The translations under genes were made by a program, and so were the position numbers. Below are positions 1 to 11,907 of a stretch of 64,000 nt of DNA, piece after piece. The DNA is taken from the NCBI GenBank assembly GCA_051362555.1, contig CM120641.1, positions 4,030,001 through 4,094,000 on the forward strand, in the 5' to 3' direction. The first letter of the stretch is position 1; each line of letters begins with the position of its first letter. The DNA comes from Lingula anatina. Its lineage: Eukaryota; Animalia; Brachiopoda. Below the pieces are notes generated by a model, which did not search any database, was not told the origin of the DNA, and was given only the letters and a program-made list of their open reading frames with translations.

Positions 1-644
1 CTATCTTAATGAAAAGACATTCTCTTAAGGTAGTGCAACAACGTCACGCACTGGCAGCTTGTGCTGGCAATCTAGCAATTCACGGAAGTTGACGGCTAAA
101 ATTGCTTCACAAAATTCCCGTAGGAATATATGGATTATGAATCCAAAGTTCAAACCACCAGCAATAAACTAACTTGGTACCTATCATTTTTCAATCTCAA
201 TGTGAATGCAAAAATCTCAACTATGCTTGTAAAAAAATTAATAAAAATCTATCAGATAGAAATATAAGGACATTACCTTTAACGTTCAAACAGAAACCAT
301 GTCATATTTCTTAGTGTGATTTTATAACCAAAGTTGCATCTCTCTGCGGTAGTAGGGTGTTATTTGTATGAAAATGAGTTTATGAGTTTTGACACGCCTA
401 CTAAACGATATTGTCGTTTGTTACTTGGATCCGCGAATAAGTGATTCCTATCGCCGTATTAATGACTTAAACCTCGATTTCATGTTCTTATTGTGCAAAT
501 ACTAACTGCAGGCATCACATCATAGACTGTGAATAATTTGTGCAGTGTATTTGTGGGATTTGGGGTGACTTTCAATCGAGGTCCTTTTCTTGACCACAAG
601 GTACTTTCTAAATGGGGTAGGAAGACCTGCATGTTTTATGCAAG

Positions 645-1030
645 GCTGACACTTGCACGACTTTTGGCCCCAATTTTGTCGTGGCAAGTCGTGCCATTTT
701 GGGGCACGAAGTGGGACGCTCCCGCACTGTTCTCTACTAGTTCACGCATAGTTCACGACGAGTTCACGACGAGCTAACGAATAGTTTACGAATGCGTGTC
801 CACATTGACACGAACTGGCACTACAAGTTCACTCATAGTTTGCGCATAATTTACGCACTTCCCGCATTGACACGACGAGTTTGCGCAATTCGGACGGTGT
901 CGTGCTAACTTGAGCACGCAATATACGTGAGCTGTTCGTGAACTTTTCGTGGCAGTTCGTAACAGTCGTGGCATGGCGCGCACTGCCAAGCGCACTGTGC
1001 AAGCGAGGCAATTTGCGTGGTGACAGATAT
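645..1030. repeat. CpG-rich interspersed repeat fragment with short cacga/tcgtg subrepeats
   Basis: gttcacgcata-gttcacgacga-gttcacgacga etc.; CpG density far above flanks; ends not resolved. Confidence 0.4.
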
Positions 1031-1567
1031 CGTTAACTTGATAGTCATTTAAAACCAAAGCTTTACATTAAAAAACGAAATAAAACACAGAATCCTAGTG
1101 CAGGGGCGGGTTATGCAATATTTTTAGAGGTAAAAATCTGCTCTTTTCCCTAGGAAAATTCAGTTTGGCGGGAAAATACCGTGAAGCAGACCTACGGGAA
1201 TGTCCCTGGCGATAGGGAGCAGAATTCAACAGTTACACTAAGCTCTTCTCGTACATTGTATTCTAAGTTGGATAGATAACAATTTAAACTATTTGCCAGT
1301 TTATCACGGCCTCAATTTATATCTAAAGTGATATAAAGCGTCACTCAAAACAAATGAGCAACAGCATATCCGTTTGTCGTTTTGCTCACAGTGAAAAAAC
1401 CAGAGCATTTCAGATAAGTGATATTCGTATAAGTCTTCGTAAAACAGGGAGAAAACATAAAAACATTAAAAACTACAAAACTCCATCCGTGTAAAACAAG
1501 CTGGCTGATTTTATGACCTCATAGGCCTTAGAGTACGCATTAAACAACCCTACGGAACTAGACCTTA

Positions 1568-2537
1568 GGCCACACTTTTTTAATTTTATGGATGACATCC
1601 TGCGCGCGCACCGATTTTCGCCCGTTCTCCGAACCCCCCCCCCCCCCCAGCCCCCAACGAAGTCGGTTAGTGAATTTGCCAGGAAATGAGCTTTCTGCGC
1701 ATGCGTATTATCGCCACGTGGAAATGTGGCCGCTTTGCCGTCAAATTCATCTCTAGGATAACTTTCAAATTACACGACAATTAAAGTCATAAAGAGAACG
1801 GGTGCCGTCGTTTTGGATTGGTATGCCATTGATATTGGGCATGGAGATATCACCTTTTTACAATTGTGCGAAAGGCTGGCGGCCGCCAGCGATTATCGCC
1901 CGAAAAATTTCAGTGACATTCTGTACAAAGCAGCACATAGGCTACCAGGTTTTCTGTAGCGAAAAAAGGGTCGACAAGGGCGTCGAGGTATTTGGTGGGC
2001 TGAAGGTCGGACAGGCCACCTGACAGTTTGGCCGTGTGAGTCGAAGTAGACAAAATGGCATCGTCCGAAATGACCTTTAATAGATTTGGTAGTATTAAGC
2101 ATATCTTTGCATCATTTTTTTAAACATTTCTGTGAAGTGTTCAAAATGCTTTAATATTCTGAGAATACGAATAAAGACACACTGTTTGTTTGATATTTGT
2201 TTTATTGATTGCTATACCAACAAAATGCATGAAATAACCTTAATAGCTTTTGTAATAAAAAGTATATCTATTCATGACTTTTTTTTTACATTTCTACGAA
2301 GTATTCACAATGCTTTAATATTTTGAGAGCATGGATAAAGACATATTGTTAGTTTGATACGTGTTTCTGTGGTAAAATTTGTGTTTCCAGCTGTGTACTG
2401 ACAGCATTCCTTTACTTAAGCAGTATTTTTTTTTTATTTTATTTTTTTTTTTTGGACCGTTTTTTTTTTTTTCGCCCTCTCGCACCGATTTTAGGGTACC
2501 CAGAGGATGTCATCCATAAAAATAAAAAAGTGTGGCC
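1568..2537. mobile_element. Non-autonomous TIR element (PIF/Harbinger-type MITE)
   Basis: ~34-bp TIR ggccacactttttt..ttttatggatgacatcct; TTA duplicated at 1565-1567 and 2538-2540; internal ~164-bp diverged duplication. Confidence 0.8.
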
Positions 2538-3565
2538 TTATCAAAATATTAACCTGAGATGAATTGAGTTCAATTAAAAAACTTAAACTTTGCAACTCTT
2601 TACGCTGTGCACGCTAGAGTCTTATTTCAAAATCCGATAGTACACCGTTGATCAAAATGATTGCTACACCTAATGAAATGTATGTATTTTGTTACAATTT
2701 TCATCTTTTCTTTATTGTTCAGTTGTATCATTGTAGATGCAAAATGTTAAATCACTAGGCATGTAAAATGAACAAACCCAAAAAACGGTTATACTGCACA
2801 TTTCCTGGTGACTAAATTTTTTTATAGCGGTTAGTTGATAGCAATTTAGTGAGACTCTCCAGGGAGTTAGACCGATCCAGATGGATCTATCTAGGCATGG
2901 GAACCCAGTCTTAATCACGGGAATGCAAGCAGTACAGAGAGTTAATATAGGCCTTGTTATGGAGACAGTCTATGGGGTAAATATCAAATTCCTTGAAACC
3001 TTGTCTCTTTTAATCATTCTATACAGAATTATGATAAATATGAAGGCTACTTTTAAAGAAGTTAAGAATTTTTCTTATCCCGGTGCTGCTAGAATTTACA
3101 TCTTTGCTTAATTTCATTTCATGTGGGGTTTCGGGTTCTCTCTACCTTATCCTTCGTATTTGTGGTTTTCCTTTATTGAGACCTTGTGCCTGTAATGAAG
3201 ATCATAACAAGTGACAGAAAACTTGTTTGAGATAAAAATAAACCCCCAAACCCCAGAACATGCAATGGATCAACTCCTACGGAGCTAGAGCTGATTAAAA
3301 AAGACTTAGTTCAAATAAAATTTCCTCAAACTTAGCACCTCTTTAGTCTGTGCACGACAGAGTCTTATTTTAAAACCCGATATTATGACAAGTCTGAAAA
3401 TGTGAAATTCATGACATTTAAGCTTATGTGTTTGATAGCATTTCGGCAAGTTTCCGGATAATTACTTTGAGGCAATGCTCGATCACCCAGCCTAGAACTT
3501 TGAATGCAATTTTAAAGAAATTTGATTAATACATAGACTGAAACAGAAGAAACTATCAAATACTA

Positions 3566-4626
3566 CAGAGGGGTGACAAAAGTATTGCACCATCTGTTGA
3601 TTAGTAAGCTATATGAGATGGGGGACCTGTTTGTCAAGAGGGATTCCATTACTCCTCTATATAGTGACGAATTTTCCTCCATATGCGCTATTAAGGTTAT
3701 TTATCGAAGGTGAAACGCCCTTTGGCTGTCAAGCCACCAGAAATGGTGTGTCTGGACAGCCTGTTTATAGGGTTTGCAGAAGGATGGACGGCACTGGTGT
3801 TGCCCATAAGTCAACAAAAAGTCCGAAGACAACTAGTGCCAGAGACGACAAGTGTCTTTTGAGGTATGTTTAGCTATTTAGCGTGAGCCCCCAGGGAGTT
3901 AGGTCGATCTAAAGTAGTTCGATGTAATCTCTGGAAATGGGGTCTAAGGAAAACATAATCCACCTCTTATCTGCCAAAGAATATGCATTTTTCTCGCTAG
4001 GCAGTCCACTTTAATTGTGGTTTGGGGTGCATTGGTTTCAGAAGAATTGGTGAACTGAGGTTAATGCATTAAAACCTGAACCACGAGCCTTACATTGAAA
4101 AACATCTTCAGGGACAGGAATCATCCGTTCATTTTCGAAGATTATGACGCTACATCTTACAGGACCTGGGCTAAACAAGAGAGACTTTACCAACTTGGCC
4201 ACAACAGAATGGATTGACCTGCCTAATCACCACACGCAAGCCTTATTGAAACAAAGATCAGATATCGAGGGGCAAAGGATCGCCCCTTTACCAGAAACGC
4301 TCCAACCCCTAATAGTTTTTACGACCTTGGCCAACATAGCCCTAGGAAGATCACTAAACCGTTTTCAGGCAAGTCCCAGTTGTATGGTGGCCATATTAAG
4401 ATCACGTGGGCATACTACAGAGTATTAATACTGGCATAATAACATGTATTATGTAAGGGCAAATCACTGGTCAATGAGCCTGTGGTAAAGGTACTAACTT
4501 GACAGAACCAGTTTTCAAAAAAAAATAATAGTAATGAAATAATAATAATAATAATTGAAAAGCCTAACAAGTCAAGCTGTTGTTTACATTTCAGCAAAAT
4601 GGTGCAATACTTTTGTCACCACTCTG
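3566..4626 (+). mobile_element. Decayed Tc1/mariner DNA transposon
   Basis: TIRs CAGAGGGGTGACAAAAGTATTGCACCAT / ATGGTGCAATACTTTTGTCACCACTCTG, TA on both sides; broken transposase remnants (SPKTTSARDDK, VVWGA, FIFEDYDA, ILRSRGHTTEY*). Confidence 0.85.
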
Positions 4627-4772
4627 TACATTTGCCAATACCATAAGCACCAATCAAACAGAGATAACGCCTATTTTAATCTGGAGTTTATAAAAACCAT
4701 TGAAATAGTCTCGCTAGCATTTTAATTGTATTCGTTTTGTTTACAGACGCATCGGCGCAAAACTCAATCAAA

Positions 4773-7700
4773 ATGTCTGCGTTACCTCTATTATTTCTTT
4801 TGGTATTGGGATCAATCTGTTGTTGTCAACATCCCATACCGAATTTCCTTCAAAACTACATATTTGAAGGCACAACAACTTCTTCCAACAGATTTTTACA
4901 AAATCGAGTGAACTACAGTCCGGCTAAGTCGACTCCAGCTGGAAGTATTGGAGCAAAACGGACAAAAGACCAATCACGGGAAAAGGACTTGCTTAGAAAA
5001 CCAACTCAAACTATACCAAAACGTTCGTTTTCCAGACAACGTAGAAATGCACTTGAAATTGAAGTAACAACAGGCAACAGAAGTGGACTCACGGAGAGAA
5101 TAACGACCCTTCAAACCAACACAGAACCAAGTCCACTTTCAAGTACCGAGACTACACACAACACCACACCCTTGGCACAGATTTGGAACAGATCACAGTT
5201 TCCTGCAAACGAAAATTTTTGCATGGTGGCCAAGGGAAAAATTTCACAACAACATATAACGTGTTACTGTGACGCATTTTGTAATCTGTTTGACGATTGC
5301 TGTCTGCCGTATCTGTCTTGCAACGAAATCCCCGCTGGGCATAATGCGACCACGACCACAGCATTTAATGTTACAACAAACCAAGTTGAATGCAGATCTC
5401 AGAGTACAAAAAGAAACCTACTTAAGAGGTCCATCCTTAAAAGCCAATTAGCTGGTTACCGATTTTTCTGGATGGTCTCATCTTGCTCGAGTGAAACAAA
5501 CAGCTCACCCCTCCGTCAAAAATGCGAGTTTTCGGGGTTCACAACTGAACTTGACCTTCTCAGGCCTGTCTCGGACCCTGTAACACAACTTGCTTTTAAA
5601 AACAAATACTGTGCCGCTTGCAACAATGTAGTTGACCCTTCAGTATGGGAGACGATGTTTAAGTGCGGGCCTATTACTTCAAGCGTTTACGAGATAGTTA
5701 TCAACATAACTTCATTGAAGGATCTTCTTGAGCGTATTGAGTCTCACGATGCATGTTCACTTTATTTTAAACCACCAGAAGAAATCCCAGGAAGACCGTG
5801 CGCTCCTGAAGGTCTTGGCCATTATACGGGAACTCGGTGGTTTAGCTCCTGTAGTGCACGGAACATTTTCCTTCAGGAACGGTGCCAAAACGCTCCGTTT
5901 ACACTGCTACAATATATTACAGATGGTGGAGACTTCATTCTTAGCAGAAATGTTTTCTGTTGGCTGTGCCGCCTCAGTTTTTTTCCAGACACTTTCACAG
6001 ATTGTTCAGAGTTGGGTAGGTCCATCGTTTGTTGTGATCTTGAAGTTAACTTTAAGTTACTGACAGGGTTTATGATAATACAGTTTCGAAAATGATTTTA
6101 CAACTAATTACTCAATTATGCATCTACTAAAAATACCCTCGAAAATATAAGATATCGGCGTTTATATTTCTCGTTCCAAAGAAGGAACATAAGCACCTCG
6201 GAGCGTTTATCGTCAGTTTTGAGCTTTCAGTTTTTAGGTGAGATAGCAATCCGTACGAGGCGGAACTTCATCCCTGAACAAGATCTTATCACTAATATTG
6301 GCATAGGTGACGACAAGTATATGGGCTTCAAACCTGTCCCATCATTCTGGTTTAAATGTTTTTGTCATGGACTATGAGCCCCTAATTACAATTATTTAAT
6401 GAAGAAAGGCATTATTTTGCCTGTTTGGCTATAAATTTTGAACTAAGGTATTTAAGAGAAATCGCTGGCATGGTTTTGAAGTACTCAATGATGTCATTAA
6501 ATTGGTGCCAAAGCGGTACTCGTGGGTGCTCAAGTAAAGGAAGAAATTTGAGAAGCCGATTTTGCAATTTGTACTCCAAAATCGCGATTATGAGGTCATT
6601 GATAAAATGACATTTGTATAAATGCAAAGTTATTTTGTTGGCGAGTCTCAGGATTCGTGTGTTATCCAAAACACGAATGTTTAGACAGTAATTAAATTAG
6701 GAGTTTGTGTCAAACCCTGTCCGTAACCTTTATAATGCTGGCTATTCATTTGTATTTTTAATTGGTCTTCGGCTGTTTAGAGATCCTTTTATTTGTCTTT
6801 AATTTTCTTTATTTATGTCAAAAACAAACACAAGTTATACAAGGTATATGACATACCATCAATATTTGATTCACACTGCTATAATTTTAAAAACTTATTT
6901 TCAATTAAGATAGAAACATATATTTTGGTTTACAAGAGTCGAAATGTGCTTTTCCTTTTTGACAAAAACTTCAGGTGATCTAGTTCGCGGGTTCGACCCT
7001 CTCGGATTGGGAGTACTTATTGATGTGGCACACGAAAAGGACTGGTGTCAGCCACAAATAGGCACAGTAAGTAACTGTATATTACATTTTTTTGTCTTTT
7101 CTGCAGGAGACTAAAGCTCGTGTCATTGCTTCTTGAGGGGCAACCTTTTCTCAAAAATGCCATGTGGCTCAATAAGGATATATGTTTGTATTTTTGCAAT
7201 TGCAAAATATTTTGTTTCCTACTTGTCTAAACCATCTTCTCTCGAGTCTTATCTTTGTATTTTACAGTTGTCTCTCTTCACTTCTGATATTTAAAATTTA
7301 ATATTTTACATCTACATTTGATTTTAACCATGTTTATACCATTATGTAGGTCAACGTAGCCTAAAAGTTAACGTATGTTCTGGGTCATATATTATTTAAT
7401 TTTTTGTATCATATTTCAAGTATGTTGTAGAGGTTCAGTCATGGTAAATTAAAGCAGACGTAAGAACGTCTTCATAATATTAAATATGTAACATTCTATT
7501 TTTAATATTCAGTGACAAACAAAATAAAATCGCACAAAAATGATTAAACGCTCTAATCAGAAAATCCTCATGTTTAAACAAGGCAACGGCAACATTTGGC
7601 AACGTAAATTTCCAATTGGGCTTCTTGCACGTCAGACCATAAAGTAACTAAAATGTAGATGTAAAATTGATACAACTTTGGATTGTTGTTCTATTCACAT

Positions 7701-8506
7701 GTTTTAAAAATGAATACTGCTTCGAATTCATTCAATTTTTATTTATTTATTTATTTATTTATTGGGACTTCAGCTCGTAAATTGCCCCTCTATGTTAAGT
7801 TCGGGTGAAAAACCAGACGAATAATTTAATAAGAAGCGTTTACATGAAGTTCTTGGTCGAAAAAATAAGATAAACTATATATTTTATATGTAGTTTATAC
7901 AATTGTTTATTTCAGGCACAGCACTTTGCCTCAAAAACTATGGGACAAGACCAGTGTTTTTCGCCTGTAGTTGGTGTTTTCACTGGCTTTTACGACTTAA
8001 AGCTATCGATTGCCCCCCAACATGAACTGCAGAACCACACTGGTTGGACTAGCTGCAAGTCAGTAGCGGATCAAGTATTGCCCTATAGTTTTTACTTTTC
8101 CAAACGGGATGAATGGGTATTTTTGGAAGAGAAGGCAACATGCTCTGCCATGTCAGTTGATGCGAACGTATCGAATGTAAAGTCATTGGCAAGGGCAACA
8201 TTTGTCTATACTATCCCAGTGGTTTCAAAAAGAAATATCAACAGTTACATTGAGGGCATTCCCTTCTTTGAATCTTTGCAAGATGAGGTTGTCAAGTATC
8301 TCCAACGGAAGAGTGTGATTAGTCATAACGGGGTAAATTACAAAGTAAGCCTCATCCGGGAAAAGCGGCAACTTTGTGAAGACATTGAACGTGAGACAGA
8401 GGGTAATACGATGCCGCCGCATTCCTTTGGAGCTGACCAACGTGTCCCTTGGTTTGTTATTGTGATATGCTTCAGTGGCGCCCTGATATACTTTTTGCTA
8501 TCTTAA
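4773..8506 (+). CDS. Secreted Cys-rich somatomedin-B (SMB)-like protein with hydrophobic C-terminal (GPI-like) tail; 2-3 coding exons
   Basis: Signal peptide MSALPLLFLLVLGSICCC at ATG 4773, preceded by an acceptor ...gtttacag at 4746; furin-like RQRR; Thr-rich stalk; SMB motif CYCDAFCNLFDDCC; PV..AFKNKYCAACN and RNVFCWLC motifs; donor G|gtaggt at 6015/6016; last exon includes ORF 7940-8506 ending WFVIVICFSGALIYFLLS*. One phase-consistent path is 4773-6015, 6238-6316, 7894-8506; the middle junctions are uncertain because the strong acceptor at 7915 is phase 0. Confidence 0.7.
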
Positions 8507-11500
8507 TGATTCTTAATGATTTTTGTGTGGTTGAAGGACATTTTAAAATATAAATGATTTGAGTTTTTGTCAGGACCAGTATAGTGTTTAGCCTTTGTAG
8601 TTGCATTAATGATGAGAATTGGCTATCACACGCTGAAGCACAAAATGACAAGCAATGATAAATTATCTTAAAATATTATAATTAATTTAAATAAATAATA
8701 ACAGCATCAAAAAACGGATCTTGATTCACTTCATTTCTGATCACCTTCTATGATGTCTAATCTTAAAATTTACAAGTAGTCAAAGTAGTCAACTGGGGCA
8801 TTTGTCAAAAACCGTTTGACACCCACCTTTCACTTTTTGACCACATATGTCGTACGCGCACGAGACAGGGGAGGCTGAGAGACCATGCCCTTTTCTTTAA
8901 GAAAAATATAGTTAAATAAGTCATTAAATCGCCAAGGACCGAGACCTCCTTCAACCAATGTCGAGCTTCGTGGCGCGCGTGCACACATGTAATATGTAGC
9001 TGGTTTCGGTCACGTTTGTGATCTCGAGCTGTGGGTTTGTGATCGCGAACCCCGAATTTACCACTCAACCGCCGATTTCATAGAGCAAACTTAGAAATAC
9101 ATTTCGCTAGTATCTAAATGTACATGTAAATTGCGAACATTCCACGTGTCGGTGCGCGTCACTCCCGTACTCATTGCGTACTTGCTAATTTCGCAATATA
9201 TAATAATAAAATAACAGTGAGAAGCGTCGTGTGATAATTCTGTCGTCTCACACTGGATGTCTCAATTTTATAAAGCTTACTTCCAAGAAAGGCAACAAAA
9301 AAGTAATCATCTGCTATTTCTTTGATATTACTTTCAGATTTTGCAAAAGAAAAAAATCATATCTTGGGAAATGTCTTGACCCATGGGTCCTAATATCAGC
9401 AACTGAACTACTCATAAATGAACAGGCGCGGTTAATCAAAAAGAAAAACAGGAAACGTCAATGCTTAATTATGTACTTCATTACAGATTTTTTGTCAGAA
9501 GAGAAAGTCTTTGTGTGAAGTGTAATCTCTCTTCATCACGGGAATACAAGCAGTGCATAGTTACGTGAAGTTATGGAGACAGTGCATGGCATATTGAATT
9601 ATCTTCGAATTTCACATTGAAATAGCATATAATAATTAGAAGTACGTTGATATATTAATTCATTGAAATCGTGTCTCTTTGTATTATTCCATACAGAATA
9701 ATGACAAATATGAAGACATTCTATATAAATATCATCTTCACTATACCTGTAGTGATCACATCTATCACTTTGTGGTATTTTTACATAATCATTGGGAATG
9801 TTATTAAGTATAAAAATATGCAATAACTTGAAAAGCAGTCATAGTGCAGACCTCTACCAATGTTTTCTCATTACTATTTAATCAATGACTGTACGGATTC
9901 TAAGTTAGCCCATTTCTGACATATCCATCATTTTTAATCAAAATCCATAATTTTTTTTAGTTATGCTGTGAAATAACAAAAAAAAATTTATATATATATA
10001 TATATATATTCTCTATTTTCCGTGGCTGAGACAACAATAGCATGATTGCCAGATCCAATTGTTCAAAAATGCAAATATTTTCTTTTAATGATTGCTCAAA
10101 GGTGTATGTAAATGTAAGTTAAACAAAATGTCAGGTGTAGAAAGATTACATTGCTTTGATTGTGTTCTGTGCTCAGTTAAACTAAAACCAAGTTAATAAT
10201 CTGATATATATGTATGTATATGTGTAAATAGTATAGCATATAAATATAATCATATGAATAGCAACTAAATTTAACAAACAAAAATATGAAAATGCTAATA
10301 TTCATAAAATAGATATCATCTGGAAAAAATCAACAAAATGAACAGGAACTTAAGTTAACAGAGAATCAGGGGAATGTATAAAGTCTTTCTGAAGGAAAAA
10401 GAAAAATTCCAAATATTTCACCAGTTCAATAAGGAAAAGGGATAAATATATACCAAAGCCAAACTGCTCTGAAATTCTAAATGTAAAAATAATCAAAAAA
10501 TTAGATTGTTCTATCATATTAGGATCAATACAAAGCATGACAATATAAATGCAACTTAGTAGCAGCAAAGAGGTAATGCTTAAGACAACATTTTTTAAAC
10601 TGAAAACTGTAAAATAAAATTGAGAACAGTTCAAGCAAATGGATTATTAATACTGTTATTTTGTGTAATTAAATTAGCGGAATTGGTTTTGGATGGTAAA
10701 TTCCATTTCAAGTTTGCAATTCTATTCCTAATAATTAATTACCTTGAAAGTGAGCTCACTTTCTTAAAAGAACAGAGAACTTTCACATACTTGTACTTGT
10801 GAACAAAATGCAAAGAGTATTATCATGCCAAATGAATTTCTATGAAGTCCCTGCTATTCTCCTGAATTTTGAACTGCTATAACATGGGGTGGCTTATCAA
10901 AGAGACAAGTTTCAGTATTGAATTGATTGATCCATATATAATGATAACTATCAAACCTTGACTCTAAACTTGTTAGAAAACTAACGCCACCAGAAAGAAG
11001 CTCCTTTCTATACCCCTTAGTGTTAGAAGCAATCTCTGGGGATTACAATTAAATTAATAAGAAAATGGTTTGTAAGTTCTATGCCCCAAAAAACCTAGCA
11101 TTTTAATTTGTTTTAAAATACCCATAATTGTTTTTAGCTAACTTTACACAAATGGAAAGACTTGGTAGCTTCTCTTGAAACAATTAAATTACAATTCACT
11201 TAAGCTTGCATCTTATAAACATGCATTTTATTTACAAACAGAAAACCTAGTGCTTGGTAATTATTCAACTGATACCATTTCAAAGGACATTTCTTCCCAT
11301 TCTTTTAATATAAGAAATCAAATATGTCCACACTCACAATGAAAATCACTTATACTGCCATATGTCCATCTTCCCATGCATTTAATGGAAGTCACACATG
11401 CCCTTTCGCTAAGACTGGAAACTAGGTTTTTTGTATAAATATATTGGGAACTGAACCTCCTCCCTGTTAATTATATTGGGAATCTCAGCCTGTTATGTTT

Positions 11501-11907
11501 AGCACAGATTCATACACAATAAGGCCATGCAGTATAATAGCATAGACTAGAACACTGTGCAACAGTTTGCTTGAATAATGAATGATCACATTTTACTATG
11601 ATTGATGATATTATGCTGGGGATGCAGCAGTTAGTCCTGTGCATAGTTAACATATAAATGATACATTTAATTATAATGAAATATACAGTCCTCTTCTCTC
11701 TTCATATCGTCAAAACACCATTTCCAAATTGGAATATTCATAATTAGCTCCTAATTTCATGCAATTCAGTATTTTGAATTGCTTATGAATCCTTATCACT
11801 GATGTGCATGTTTGTTTACCAAGGTAGGGAAAATAGTTAGATACTGTCTCTATTCATCCATCCATCAAAGCAGCAGTGCTGCCCTCTCTTGTCTTTTACT
11901 TTAACCA

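Noticed and set aside
26-530. TTAA-flanked DNA transposon starting ttaaggtagtgc
   Set aside because: No matching right terminus found
6970-7080. tRNA gene or tRNA-derived SINE (GGTTCGACCC B-box-like at 6990-6999)
   Set aside because: No convincing A box, cloverleaf, tail or second copy in the window
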